64,000 bases of DNA from Azolla caroliniana (lineage: Eukaryota; Plantae; Polypodiophyta): NCBI GenBank assembly GCA_043228905.1, contig JBHGNT010000014.1:14384001-14448000 (forward strand), in the 5' to 3' direction. Under the pieces are notes generated by a model. That model did not search any database, was not told where the DNA came from, and saw only the letters and a program-made list of their open reading frames with translations. The translations under genes and the position numbers were made by a program. Shown in pieces: positions 10,801-26,100 of this stretch; position 1 is the stretch's first letter; each line of letters begins with the position of its first letter.

Positions 10801-11441
10801 ACGTGCCGACGAATCGGCAAATTGCCGACATCTTCACCAAGCCTCTTGGTCTGGACAAGTTGCGGCAATTCTCAGGTGCGCTCGGATTGCGTCACCTCGA
10901 CGTGCCAAACTTGAGGGGGAGAACAGTCCCGAACGACCAAGCAAGGCAGCAGGACAGGAGCGGAGACCGCGACACCGAGTCGGTTGTCGAGTTCGACTTC
11001 GGATCGGCTGAAGAAGCCGAGGGCGGACCCGCAGAAAAGTCCGGAAGCGGACAGAAGGGGAGCAGCCGAAGGAGAGAGCCGAAGCCAACCACGCATGGGG
11101 GAGATGACGCCATCGAGGGCAAGAAGACCGAAGACGAGTTGGAGACAGCCAACTCGGACGAGAGCGAAAACCGATCGGAGGTAGCCGAGTCGGTTCGGAT
11201 GTTTGATTCAGACACGTTGAATCAACCGAGGCCCAAGCGGAAGAAAAGGCAACAGAAGAAGTGTCGACACCGCAACAGCAGAAGAGCTAATAAGGGCCAC
11301 ATGAGCAGACAAGTTGACCGGAAGGGTCGAAGCGCGCGGAGTCGAATAGGTCGAGGAGCGCGAGCAAGGCGTGAAGCCAGGAGGAACCGGAGCTGTGAAG
11401 ATCCCGAAGAGCCTCAAGTTGAGCTTGAGGGGGAGTGTTGA
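10801..11441 (+). pseudogene. End of copia-A RNaseH plus a ~170-aa in-frame charged extension
   Basis: VPTNRQIADIFTKPL...LRG, then an acidic segment followed by a basic one, with the stop inside the 3' LTR. Confidence 0.75.
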
Positions 11442-11803
11442 GAGATAAGCTCAACATCGGCCGGATCGGCTGAAGAAGCCGAGGACCGGATCGGTTGGGA
11501 CCGATCGGTTAGGCCATTAGGAAAGATATTCCGTGAGGAATATATTTGGGAGTTAGTGTAGGAGCTCTTAATGAGCATTGAAGTACTGTCAGTACTTCAG
11601 TCAGTCCTTCTAGGACTTGTACAAAGTGTTCATTGAACACATATATGTATTGTTGTTTTTCTTGAATATTTTTTTAGAGTGTCTTCTCTCTCACTCTCTC
11701 ACTCTCTCCCGCATATACTGTGTAAGCTCAAGCTCTCCATTAAACCTGAGTGTTCTTCCTTCTGTTCTGTCTTCATACTTGCTTCCGCACGCTACTTTCT
11801 ACA
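11436..11803 (+). repeat. Copia-A 3' LTR (368 bp)
   Basis: TGTTGAGA...CTACA following the PPT. Confidence 0.93.
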
Positions 11804-14000
11804 ATCATGTTGTAAACTAATGACACGTGCCTCAAGAGCACTATGAGATTCCTGAAGTTCGGTCATCTGATGCAAGGTTGAATTAAGGAAATTTTGTATT
11901 TGTAAAAAATATGACTCAATGGACATTGGCCCAGGAGGATTTCCTTGATTTCTTTCCGCTTGTGCGGATGCCATCGGGTCGTTATTATGAGCCATTGAAT
12001 GATAATTTCTAGCAAAGAAATAGGATACGGTCAGACAAATAGGCATAACATGATGTCGTGATGTAAACATATCATGGGCAAACATTAATCGATATCATGA
12101 TCTCACATCAATACCCCTTTAGACGTATGAGATGAGGTTCAATATCAGGTTACTATGGTAACACAAAGGTGTTTTAAAAACCATGGTGGTGACAAATGAA
12201 TGTTTTTCCTTTATCTCTATATCGATTTTTTCATGGCGGCTCCTCGAGGCTCAACCATGTATGTTTGCGTCACGAATAGTTTAAACACAAAAAAATGTTA
12301 ACAATAAACCATGTCTCTGTGCCCACCCATGGTATTTCAACTCTTTAAGTCCTATTACGAGGACCCCGAAGTGCACTTAGACCTAAAGTCTAAACATGTG
12401 TTATAGTCATATGTATGATCAACAATGTTGTATGGTCTTAGTCATATTTGAACTCGAGACCTCGAGAACAAATACATTAAACACTTGAGCTAACCAAATG
12501 GTTTGCTTCTTTTGAATGTTTAATGTTTATGCGTATGAGAGATATGCGAAGGCATTTGCCCATATATGTTTTTTTTAATGAAAACATATATGTCGAGAGT
12601 TCTTATTTCCCCCTCGTTTACTACAAAACTATGTTGGTATGTTACCCAACCTCAAGGCTCATCATTACAACAACATACCCCAAAGTGCAACCTAATGGTC
12701 AAACCACACGAGCCCTCTTTTCGTAGTAGGCCCATGTGGCCCATCACATGGTTACATCATTACGAATGCCTTTCATAACGATGATCTCATGGTGGCATCA
12801 TAACCATGTAACGAGGGAGAGATGTTGGATGTGTGTGTCATATGGGTGACCTCACTTGAAGTGGGTCAAGCCCTACGCTCTCAACATCATTGTGGCTATG
12901 ATCGTTTTGACATTATAATGCATAGTAAAATCAAAGTGACCAACAGGGATGACAAAGGATGGTGACTACACCATTCTCACAAAAATGTGAGGATGGCCAC
13001 CAAGATCTTTCCCCGAAAAGTACAATGTTCGACATACAAAATCACGTAATAAAAACTAATATATATTTATGTTTATCACATGTATACAATTAAATACGTA
13101 CACGTGATTAGATATGCATATATTTAAAAAAATCGTAACATCACATAGCCAATGAATGATGTAAATCGAGATACGTAATCGAGGCATATAGCCTCCACGC
13201 ACACAAAACATCCAACACTAAGGGTGAACGTAATACACAATTGAGGTATTGACCTCTTACGCATACAACACCAATCACATATCCTTTACATAGAAATCGA
13301 TGTATTGACCTCATACGCATATGTCACATGAGGTATTGACCTCATACACATATGTAAACGTTTTATACAACCAATTAATTACCACTACAACATCATTGAA
13401 TCAATGAAAGAAAACACATATTGACTATACATGATTAGATTGGGAGAAAAAAGAATAGAAAAAAAGAAAGAAAGAGTTACCGAAGTTCCTTTGTTGATAG
13501 CTATTTGGATCAAGCTCGATCGTACATCGATCAATCGCCATCCAACAAGAAAAAAAACAATCAACAAAAGAAACATTAGAAACATGGCTTTGATACCAGT
13601 TGTTAGACTTATGTTCTAATGCAAGCATGAAATAAGGATATAATAGATATAAAATAAGAAATGAGAAAGAAAAGGAAGGGTGCCGATCCATCCGACCACC
13701 CCCGAGCGAAGGGATCAAGACAGACTCGAGCCTCGATCAGCGTCCCATACCACCGTCGTGGCGTCGAGCCGTACCTGGTGCTGGCGCACTCCCTACAAGA
13801 GTTGACCCACTACAATGTCAGAGTCTCGACGTAGTCGATAATGTGTCAAATGAGGGTAGCTAGGCCTCATATTTATATCCAAACCTAAGGCCCCCATGCA
13901 AGTTCACACTTGGCCTAATGGGTTATCTCAATCCCAAGGATTAAAAGTAATCCTCCCCTTCTTTACACTCTCGTTTAACCCTCACACTTTATCGACGTGT
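11804..14000 (-). mobile_element. Old degenerate LTR element (PBS-Met at 13587-13598, LTR from 13601 rightwards); boundaries uncertain
   Basis: The minus strand reads ...CTAACA AC TGGTATCAAAGC. A TATA-like site lies near 13870. No intact pol was seen. Confidence 0.45.
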
Positions 14001-14118
14001 ATAGAATACTACGGTAAATTCTCACCACAGGATATTATATGGTCATGCCTATAATAGAGAAGAGGGATTAAGCTTCCAATGAAGACAAGATGAGTGGGTT
14101 GTAGAGACCATAGCTATA

Positions 14119-14607
14119 TGTTAGGACATAGGTCCCTCCAGATGGGAAGGAGAACACGAGTCAAAGAGAAGAGTAAGCTGAATCGGTCGAGGCCAAAAAA
14201 TCGACTGACCGATAATTGAACGATAACCGATTTGGTCAGTTGAATCTGACAGGGCTATACTTGTAATTGGCCTAGATGTGCCCATTATGGCTATATTTGT
14301 AAATAGTCATATATGTATATGAGTATAAATATAGTTAGGGCAAGTAGTTATGTGAGGATGAATCATTAGTGTAACTAGAGTGTAAGAGAGAGAGTGAGAG
14401 AGTGAGTATAACTCCTCTATAACTATATGTGGACGAGGACGAACTCAAGGTTGTTGTTGCCTTGTTGTTTCTTATTGTACATTATTCTTACCTTAGTCAT
14501 TGGTTTAGAGTTTGTGGACTCCCATGGTTTTCCCATTTTCAGGGTTTCCACATTTAAAAAGATTGTGTCTTGGTGTTTTCTATTTTTTGTCCTTCGCGTT
14601 CTTATCA
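14119..14607 (+). repeat. Possible solo-LTR-like remnant
   Basis: TG...TATCA termini, TATAAATA, a GA-rich R-like stretch and a U5-like GGGTTTCCAC. No TSD or second copy was found. Confidence 0.3.
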
Positions 14608-15348
14608 TTCCTCATTGTTGCTTGAGAACTGGTTGTGGCTGGTCCCGTATTCTATCACTATCACCGATGGCTTCGATGCCACAAGTCAAGGGAGAGTTGT
14701 CAGGCCACTCCATTCTCTCTTTGAGCGACCGGCATATGAGCTCGTTAATCCACTCCTTGAAGCTTGTCCCAATGTTGAACGTAGACATGAGGATGACAAA
14801 AATGAAGGATGTGAAGAAGACGCAAGAGATTAAGACGCCTAAAATCCTCCAGGCCCAAAATGTGACCTCCACACGTCCCTTTATAGGAAGAGGGCGCTCT
14901 CTTTGCATTTAATGTTTTCCTTAATTCGTGTCGCGCTGACAGTTCCATTATTCTCTTCAATTTCTCTGCACATACCATTGTCCCCTTTTTCTTTTCTCCT
15001 CATTTACGTTTTCATTTCCCTCCTCTTAACATCTATTCCTCATTTTCTCCACACGCTTCCACCCTTCCATTTCCCACTTTCTACCTTTGGTCGCACCACA
15101 TCACGATACCTGGCCATTCGAAGGGCCGACAATTGCAAGGTCTTTGAGCAATGAGAACCATAAGCACGAAGGCTATTAGCTTTTCCAAATTCGATCCCCG
15201 CACACGCCCTCCATTCTAGTGTCTACGACTCAAGTATATAGAGTGGTCGGGTTTCCTCGAATGGATGAGGTGTTTAGATGCATGGGACCATTAAGAGTGG
15301 ACAAGGTGTTTAGACGCATGGGGCCATTCAGAGTATCGATAATCACAA

Positions 15349-15482
15349 GGGGGGGGGGGGGGGGGGGGGTTGGGGGGTCTTTGGGGAGGGGGCTTGAGAA
15401 AACCAAATGCGTGGAGGTCATTCGCTTTTTCGAATTCGATCCCTTCGCACAACCTCTGTCAGGAGTGTCTACAACTCAAGTG

Positions 15483-15521
<39 letters not shown>

Positions 15522-15755
15522 ATCTGCACAACCTCTGTCAAGAGTGTCTACAACTCAAGTGTGTGTTTATGTGTGTGTATGTATGTATGTATCTGCACTT
15601 TTGAACTAAGGCGGTCTTGACGGAGCGTGGTTCGGAGGGTGTGAACTGGTGGTGTCTGATCTGGGGGCTAAAGACATGGCAAGTTGTTGCAGTGCGGTTT
15701 CACACTAGTAAGCAATACAAGGAATGGAATGGAGGATACTCTGATACATGAGGTG

Positions 15756-15802
<47 letters not shown>
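15349..15802. repeat. Simple-repeat cluster: poly-G, a duplicated ~80-bp unit containing (GT)n/(GTAT)n, and (AG)n
   Basis: Directly visible: G run 15349-15369, duplicated unit 15446-15598, (AG)n 15759-15802. Confidence 0.9.
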
Positions 15803-15804
<2 letters not shown>

Positions 15805-15824
15805 ATTAGAGGAAGAAGAGAGAG

Positions 15825-15870
15825 GATTGGACCAATGAGAAGTTTGGACCAATTATCCAAACCTTATCTC
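15825..15870 (+). promoter_or_regulatory. Lhc-type promoter motifs: two GGACCAAT boxes and an I-box (CTTATC)
   Basis: Motifs lie 150-190 bp upstream of the Lhca1 ATG and are typical of light-regulated cab promoters. Confidence 0.55.
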
Positions 15871-16017
15871 CATTAGCCCCCACCCTCCTTCTCCAAATCA
15901 ACAGGAAAAAAAAAACAGAGGAAAATTTGCGCGAAGAAGAAGAAGAAGAAGAAGAAGAAGAAGAAGACGCAGTGCCGCCGCCGCCTGTGTGTAGGTCGGA
16001 TCTTTTGATTCCTGCTC

Positions 16018-18225
<2,208 letters not shown>

Positions 18226-20933
18226 TTCTCAAGATTTGTTGTTCCCTTAATGCAACAACTGTTGATGTTGTAAATTTGTATGGAATCAATCCTGGGGCAA
18301 TTGAATCTATGTGCATATCATCTAGAGGATGTCTCATAAGCGCTGGCTGTTTGATCTGGCAATGTGGTCATTCATGTTATCTCTAATTGTGTTCCATGGT
18401 TTTTCGGCTTTTATAATGCTTATAATTCCTTGTTTTATGCTCTCACAATGTCTAATCCAGTCTATCAGATAGTACAAAAGGAAGTAGCCAAACTAGAGTT
18501 GGAATCCAAGAGACCCAGGAGAATCATGTGATTAGCTTCAAATAATTAATCAGGAAAATTTGTCTCTTCGTTACATCTTGAGGCCTCTTTCTCACTGCTA
18601 ACTGCACCAATGAGGATTTAGGATTCATGGTCAGTTGCATCCTTTGTTGCTTTCCTTTTTCTTGCCCCCATTTGGTTTTGTGATGCTCAAGCTTAATTTT
18701 AGGCTATGGTTGCACACAAATGCATATTTGGGTGGATAGAAGAAGAAACACATGTGTTCTAATGCAATATCCTAAGATAAACCCTACAATGAGTCCGCAA
18801 GTTCTTGAGATATGGTTGGTCTACATTTCAATCTCACTTTGTATAATGGACATATTGTGCTCCAAAATTTTCTCATGAGGTTCATGAAGTGTATTTCATC
18901 TATAAGCGCGCTAGATTGTGGGATGTATGAATCGCTCTAGAGTCCTTTAATATCGAGTTACTTATGAATGTTTGCAGAATTATTTCAAGAGATGAAAATT
19001 CAAGTTATTTTTTCATCAAAATTGCACGGGCCATGTTCTAAAATTTTGGTGAATCATGTGCTTTGTCTACTTTTAATTTATATTGACATGGCTGATTTAA
19101 GGATGCAGAATATTGTGAAATTGAGCTATTGCAGAAGAGAATTGTTCATTACCAATGCTTTCTTTCTACTCGACATATGAAGATAGTATAGAGTAAGAAC
19201 ATAAATTGTTAAATTACTGTCATTTTGGTAGTCATAAGGCTTCGAGATTTTCTTAGAAGAGGAATCAAACATCGTACACCTATTTTTATCAGACTAAGGG
19301 AAATATCGATACTTGAAATTGTTAAGCCCATTGGAATTTCAATGATGACAACACAATAACTAGATGGGAATTATTATTATGCTTGAAATTGATAAAGATA
19401 GGATGAGCTAGTTCATTTGATCATGTTTAAAAATAATGTTATGTTTGGAGATTGCTTAAAATTCAGGACCAAGTGGTGGAAATTGATAGCAATTTTACAC
19501 TTGAGGAAGGGATGCAATGAGATGTAAGTTCTCTTCAATAAGAGGTTGAATGAAGTGATAGAATCCTCATACATCCTAGAGGCTAAAGAGAGCAAGTGTG
19601 TCAATGAAGCACCAACATTTAAAAGAGATTCACAAGAGCATGTTCAACATCTAATAACATCCCATATATGCATAATGATTGAGGTTGTTTGTATCACACC
19701 TTAATGATGACTTGATCAACCTCTTAGTGGATTGGAATTTATTCATGATGCAAGCTACACATGGAGCCCATAAATGGATCATGAGCACATGGATCTAGTT
19801 GTAAAGAGATGTTACACGTAGGAGTGGAAGCCATAACAATAAGTATATAGGTCCACAATATGGAAGGGAACCAAGTCACACATGTACAAGTCCATAACAT
19901 CTTATTTATATGCACATGTCCTCATTGCTAACAAGAATTGTACATGACCTTATCTTCTCAATGATGTTGATGCAAAAGTCATGCTGCTACATTTGATGGA
20001 GGCCTTCTATAGAATATGTATTGATGCAACTAGTTTAATGCAAGGTGTTTAGTGGTTTTCCATAGCAAAATATAAAATTAAGTTGATTGTATGGTTGCTT
20101 TCCATAACTATGAACATTATTTTTATCGGTTAAAGGTTACAAGAAGTCATCCTTGTGTTTTACCATTGGTAACTATCAACGTAATCAAGTCCTATTTTCA
20201 CTCTTTGTATTTTGGAAAATGTGACAATTTTAATGTTTGGAAGCCACTTTTAAGAGAAAAGTGTGTGTGGGCGCGCAGATGCATGATCTCAAACTAAAAT
20301 TATGAAAAAAAATCTATAATCTAAATAACATCAAACACACCGTTTCGTAGAAATATGTGTCAATTTCAATGTTATAATACCGTTTTTGGTAGCAAATTGT
20401 TAATGTTTTGCGGATCTAATAGTGGAGAGAACAAAGCTCAATTTTGTTATGTAAGGTTTTGTTATGGTTTTCGTAGGGACGAGAGTCAACATTGTTTTTT
20501 AAATCTTCTTGTAGCTAATGCGATGGATTGGATCCTTGCGCCATCATCACAACACATTTCCTTACGCCATCATCTATTTTCTTTCTCATTATTTGGCTCT
20601 TTAAAAAATTGTAGATCCATATGTTTCTTTTAGAAAAAAACAGTATACTTTCTATATTTTGATTGTGATAATTAGCTACTAATGATTGAATTTATTCCTT
20701 GGAGTAGGGTTGTATATGGAACACCACTTAAAGTGGACTAAAATAGTCTCATGAAAATTTATTAACATTGCACATGCTAGGCATCATCTTAGGTTCAATT
20801 CAAAATCACCGGTAAGATATTGTTTGATATTGAACAATAACACAAGCTTTCCTTTACTTTTTCAACAAAATAATACTAAGAATTATAATCAACATCTACG
20901 TTCAAAAAGGCTAGAGAATATTAACTAACATTA

Positions 20934-20983
20934 TTGAAGGCTTTATAATTTTATGGTATAACATAAAATTATAAAGCCTTCAA
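20934..20983. repeat. Perfect 22-bp inverted repeat with a 6-nt loop
   Basis: TTGAAGGCTTTATAATTTTATG-GTATAA-CATAAAATTATAAAGCCTTCAA. Confidence 0.92.
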
Positions 20984-21289
20984 ACATAGGGCAACGATTC
21001 AAGTTGTGGTTCAAAAAGATTAAGATTTCCTATAATGGTAGAAGCTTCCGGAACACTCATAACATTACTCTACATAAGGTAGGCATATCTCTATCTTTAT
21101 TACTAAGCATTTAATTAAATAAACAAAGGAGATAGGTATGTGTGAGTGATTAATTAAATAAACAAAATTATGAATTAGTAAAATTAATTAACTAACTAAT
21201 TCAAAAAGGGTGGAATTAAAAAAAAGAAAACATTTTAAAGGGAGAAATTGTCTTTTTAGATCAAATTCGAATTGCAAAAAACAAAACAA

Positions 21290-21370
21290 GGTGACATGTC
21301 ATCAACGGGTAGCCCACAGTCAACATATGTGCTGACGTGGCGGAGGACGCCAGGTCAGCGCCACGTGGCA
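21290..21370. promoter_or_regulatory. bZIP/G-box cluster upstream of the F-box gene (TGACATGTCA, TGACGTGG, GCCACGTGGC)
   Basis: Perfect G-box palindrome at 21360-21369, followed by a CT-rich leader. Confidence 0.55.
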
Positions 21371-21705
21371 AGCCGTCCTCCACATATTTCGAGGCAGAGC
21401 GTCTCTCTGTCTCTCTCTACTCTCTACGCCCCCTTCCCTCTCATGGAATCTCTTTCTCTCTCTACCCTTTCTCCTATGGAATCTCTCTCCTGATGGGCCA
21501 ATTTTGGTCTTAGAAGACGTTAATATACATATCTTCCTTTCTCTCTCTAATAATATTTGTTCTTTTTCGCTTTAGATTTTAAGCCATAACTAAATTTAGT
21601 GGTGGTGGTGGTAGTAGTAGCAATTGCAATAACAATAGTAGTAGTAATTCTAAATAGTTATAGGTCACAATTCCATGGTCATTGTATCCAACCATTGTAG
21701 CCAAC

Positions 21706-23187
21706 ATGACCCATGTTTTAGCTACTCATTCATCTTCTACAATTAGCATCAATCCTCTACCAATAGACCTCCTCTACCATGTCTTTGGCCTCTTACCCAT
21801 CTCCTCTAAACTCTCATGCAAATGTGTCTGCAAGTTGTGGCACTCCATCCTCTCCAATGATCCCATCCTCACTTACACCACTAATCCCCCTTCTACTACC
21901 TCAAAGTCCACTAAGTTTGGTAACCTTACCTTAATGTCCTCTAAGGGCTTCCTTCTCACTACCAAAGGCCCCTTTGCATACTCCCTTAATCCAACTACCA
22001 ACCTTTGGACAAGGTTACCCCCCCTACCAAATTGTCCTGGTTTGTCCAATATCCTATGTGCATCTAATAGTTTGGTTTGCCTTGGTAATCTAGTTTCCGA
22101 GTGTCGATCCCTCCTCGTCCTCAATTTGCTCTCCAGCTCTTCGAAGCTCCTCCCCTCCATGATCCATGTTGGATTCCTACACAAAGTCACCATGGTTGTC
22201 CACCCCACCAACCATACCTACATCATTGTCGTGTCAGGTGAGGATAGCTCCAATATTGTCCAACGATACACGCCCCGCTCGCCCACCTATCGCCTCTTGA
22301 CCGAAGTCTATGATTCAGTCACCAATTCGTGGACAAGAGTCAGCAACGCATTGCCTGACGCCAAGTTTGGCTCCGATCCTGGAGCTTGGTGTCGTGGCCT
22401 CTTTTATTGCATCACCGAGCTCCCATATGGACTCGTTGCTTTTGATCTCGCCCGGGGCAAGTGGATGGACGATTTCATGAGTGTTGTAATGCCCGAGAGC
22501 ATCTCTTTTCCTTCCTTGCTCTCATGGATGGGGCAATTGGTCATGGTGGGCATTCAAGATAGTTGTGCAATTAACTATGATGAGTATGAGGACGAGGTCA
22601 ATATATTAACAACACCTCCATCCCTAGCTTTGAGTTGCTCATCATTGACAATGTCATCCAATTTATTGCCGAGGTCTTGGTCATGGTCAGGCCCATTGCA
22701 ATTGTTGGCGGCATCATCGTCGTCATTTTTATCGACAATGTCGACATGGTCATCATCCTTATCCTTATCTTCATCACCATCCTCGTCCACGTTGTTATCA
22801 ACATGGTCATCACCATCATCATCACCATCACCATCACCATTGGGATCAACACTCAAAACTTCACGACCATTGAGAATGCCATCCAAAAGAATAAAGGTAT
22901 GGTCTTTGTGCCTTGATACTAAGCACCAATATTGGAAACTCCTAGAAGAGATGCCAGAAGAGATGTGCTTAGAGTTTATGTCCAATTTGTCATGTGGAAC
23001 TCCATTAGTTTGTGGGGGGGTTGGGGATGATTTGTGCATAACATCCCACCGGAGCCCAATGGTGGCTGTGTTGAATATGAGGAGCATGACATGGAGATTT
23101 GCTGAGAGAGATCCTGTGTTTCCCAAACATAGGGATTCTCATTTATTAGGCTTTACCATAGATCTTCATAAAAATTGTATACCTTAA
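21706..23187 (+). CDS. F-box/kelch-repeat-like protein with a Ser-rich insertion
   Basis: F-box motif LPIDLLYHVFGLLP...KCVCKLWHSIL. Propeller-type motifs LNPTTNLWTRLPPLP, TEVYDSVTNSW, LVAFDLARGKW and WKLLEEMP. Single uninterrupted ORF. Confidence 0.85.
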   Translation: MTHVLATHSSSTISINPLPIDLLYHVFGLLPISSKLSCKCVCKLWHSILSNDPILTYTTNPPSTTSKSTKFGNLTLMSSKGFLLTTKGPFAYSLNPTTNLWTRLPPLPNCPGLSNILCASNSLVCLGNLVSECRSLLVLNLLSSSSKLLPSMIHVGFLHKVTMVVHPTNHTYIIVVSGEDSSNIVQRYTPRSPTYRLLTEVYDSVTNSWTRVSNALPDAKFGSDPGAWCRGLFYCITELPYGLVAFDLARGKWMDDFMSVVMPESISFPSLLSWMGQLVMVGIQDSCAINYDEYEDEVNILTTPPSLALSCSSLTMSSNLLPRSWSWSGPLQLLAASSSSFLSTMSTWSSSLSLSSSPSSSTLLSTWSSPSSSPSPSPLGSTLKTSRPLRMPSKRIKVWSLCLDTKHQYWKLLEEMPEEMCLEFMSNLSCGTPLVCGGVGDDLCITSHRSPMVAVLNMRSMTWRFAERDPVFPKHRDSHLLGFTIDLHKNCIP

Positions 23188-26100
23188 GAAGATAAATAAA
23201 GTTAGTACATCATGTTGTACTTCATATTGTAAGAAAGTTTTAGACCAAGTTCCCATGAATAAAATTCACAACGAAGTTTGATTGTTTGAACTCTGTGTAG
23301 AGTGTATTTTACTATAGTTGCTTTTCCTTACTTTTTAATAAAAAAAAGGAAAGGATACCAAGGGAACCAAAGGTTAAGATTTAAGAAGTCAATTTATTTC
23401 ATTCATACTTAAGTGACTACACCTCTTTCAAGGTCTAGTATATGGGGTCACAATTCATTTCTGTTCTCATGTGCAAAGTTACTTACCATAAGGTAACGCG
23501 AGAAATTCTTAGTCTATTTGAGGTGGTTGTTCATTGGGAGGGAATATTAAATATTCTATATATATATTTTCTTGGTCACACATTGTTTTCAACACATCTC
23601 TTTTAGTCGTACTACATATTGACATGCGTTTTGTGGTCACAATTTGTTTCAGCACATCACTTTTCATTCATATTGCCATTTGTTAGGAAATGTTATTGTT
23701 GAAAATAACGACCTTGTTCAAAGACATTGTTGTCATTTTCAAGCAAAGTTGTAAATTTTCTGGGGACTAATGTTGGTTAACTGCTTATGCTCTCATTTAA
23801 TATCAAACAAAATCTTGAGATGTAAATCCACAACTTGAAGGATACAAAGCATAAGATCTACACAAAACTATTTCATTTTTACATTTTGTTTGTAATTATT
23901 AATATTGATAGTTTCTTTCACACTAATGTCTTGTTTGGGTTGGTTTTTTATATCACTCAATTTGGAGTAAGAGAGTAGGGGGAAATGTAAAATAATGTGT
24001 GAAGAAATACCTCTTCCGTTGTAGCACAAGTTAAAAAATTGGTCTTAATTTTGTCACACTAGTCCTTACCCCACTATATGAGATGTTCATTGTCTTGCCC
24101 TGCCCCCCTTATAAGGGTTTGCCCAGCTCAATGGCTTGATGTAAAATTATTGACTGAAATTGAAGATGTGATTCAATTTCAGGCAATCACCATTTTTATC
24201 CCAGTTTAAAATTAGGTTATTTTGTTGTAAATCTTGCAAAATGTATCAATTTCCTAAGGTTAAAACAGTACCCGTTTTCATAGACTTGCCCTACCTCGCC
24301 TCCGCTTACTTACAAATGCCATGGCTGCAAACATATATTCATTTGACAAGAAAATTAAAAATCACCAATTCTATGAAGCAAGAATATGCTTTTATGTTTT
24401 GGTATTACATGTAGCCATGGTGACAAACATATATAGCAAATTCTAAGATGGTATGATGTGGTTATCATCCCTCTAACTTTATAAACACACGAGGACAAAA
24501 GATAACCCATTTCTCTTGTCTCTTTGGTAAAATGATTGACAAAGTTCAATGTAAAATGTTTCCCTCTTTGGTAACACATGACAAAGTTCAATGTAAAATG
24601 ATTGATCTAGTTTCCCTCTTTGGTAAAAGTTCAATGCTTTAGATGTAGTCCCATTATTTTACTTCTATTATTTGGTAAAATATATTTTTAGTAAAACATT
24701 GAAAGTTCATGTTAACACCTCATTGATTAATTAAAATTAAAATTGTGGGACATGGTTCTAATACACATGTAAATTGTACAAGGAGCATAGTTAACTTTCA
24801 TAGCCAATTGAAATGACATGTACACACATAGATAAGGCTAGAAACTTAGTTTAATTTTCTTGAGTGGTAGTACCCAAAAAACTTATAACTTAAGAGTGGC
24901 TATACTAGGGAACCCAATGCACATGGTTTGAATAATTAAATAGTGCTATGGTGGGGATCCCTAAGTAGGAAGAGCTTAAGATACTTGTATCTATGACATT
25001 TGAAATAAATAAATGGAAAACAAGATAATAATATTAGTTTTGTTGACCCATTGAATCAACGCCCCATGAGTAATGAAACCTATTGTTCCTTTGTAGCCAA
25101 AAGTAACGGATGAAAGTAGCCAATGCACGATGAGACAACTCATTTTTGGTTGCCCCATTGTGATTTAGGAATCTCTAAGTCATCCTAATGATGTAGTAAC
25201 GTAGTATATATGAGAACATAGAGAAACAAAAATATGATGTTACAAAACTTATAGAAAAAGGTTCCAAATTACTTGACAGTAAATAAGCTCTAACAAGGTT
25301 AAAAATAAGTAAACAAAGTTATGCAATTAGGTTCTCATTACATAGTTAGAAGGCTGAAGTGAGTGAATGTGTTTTTATTTGAATTTGGCATTTATGATGC
25401 AACAAATTTGCAAAGGTAGGCAATTGTATATAAATATATCCAATACAATATTTACATTCATGAGAACCCAATGTGCACATAAATTTAATTTGGTACTCAT
25501 CTTGGTGGGCATACTTTGAAGAGGCAATGGTCAGACTGTCTATAAATATTTCTAAAGTAACTCCATTGTGATGTTAAGTAAAAGAATGTTCACATGTTTT
25601 GGAAACAAATAAAACGTTCACACAATTGAAGTGGTTGGGTTTCACATTCAAGTATCACAAGATCACATAAATCATAAAAACCCTTTCCCTCAAAAGGGAA
25701 ATTAACTTTTGATATAACAAAGAGTTTGTATCAATGTAAGAAACCACTTATGTACAATATAATGAGCAATAAAATTAATTCTTTATGATGATGTTTTATT
25801 TACAACTTAATTTACACTTAACCTCTCTACAGTGACACTCCAAACAATTCTTATACTTTTTTTTAAGATACTCATATAAATGTGAAGTTCTTCACTTCTT
25901 GTTCACGTTTTTTTTTTAAAAGAAAGATACACCTTAGTATATTACTTGAGAAATATTTAGAAGGAGACATTTCATCTCACCTCTATTGTAATACAAAAGC
26001 TAATACCAACATCTGATCAAACAGATGATATCATATAAGGAACAAATGGAGCACAATCTAAAAGCTATGCAATAAAAAAGAAGGTATGGCATAATTCCAC

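Larger units (their letters stand above)
1..11803 (+). mobile_element. Ty1/copia LTR retrotransposon (copia-A); 5' LTR cut by the window edge; interrupted by a gypsy insertion
   Basis: Bases 1-141 match 11663-11803. PBS-Met at 142. Domain order gag-protease-integrase-RT-RNaseH. PPT TTGAGGGGGAG precedes TGTTG at 11436. Confidence 0.95.

Noticed and set aside
19380-20090. Degenerate transposase-like coding remnant
   Set aside because: It looks codon-like, but no diagnostic motif could be read. A BLASTx search would be needed.
22575-23126. Asp-rich 183-aa antisense ORF
   Set aside because: It is the mirror of the TCA-rich serine tract of the F-box gene.
24528-24636. Short duplication GACAAAGTTCAATGTAAAATG / TTTCCCTCTTTGGTAA
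   Set aside because: It is a local slippage duplication in AT-rich intergenic DNA with no further structure.
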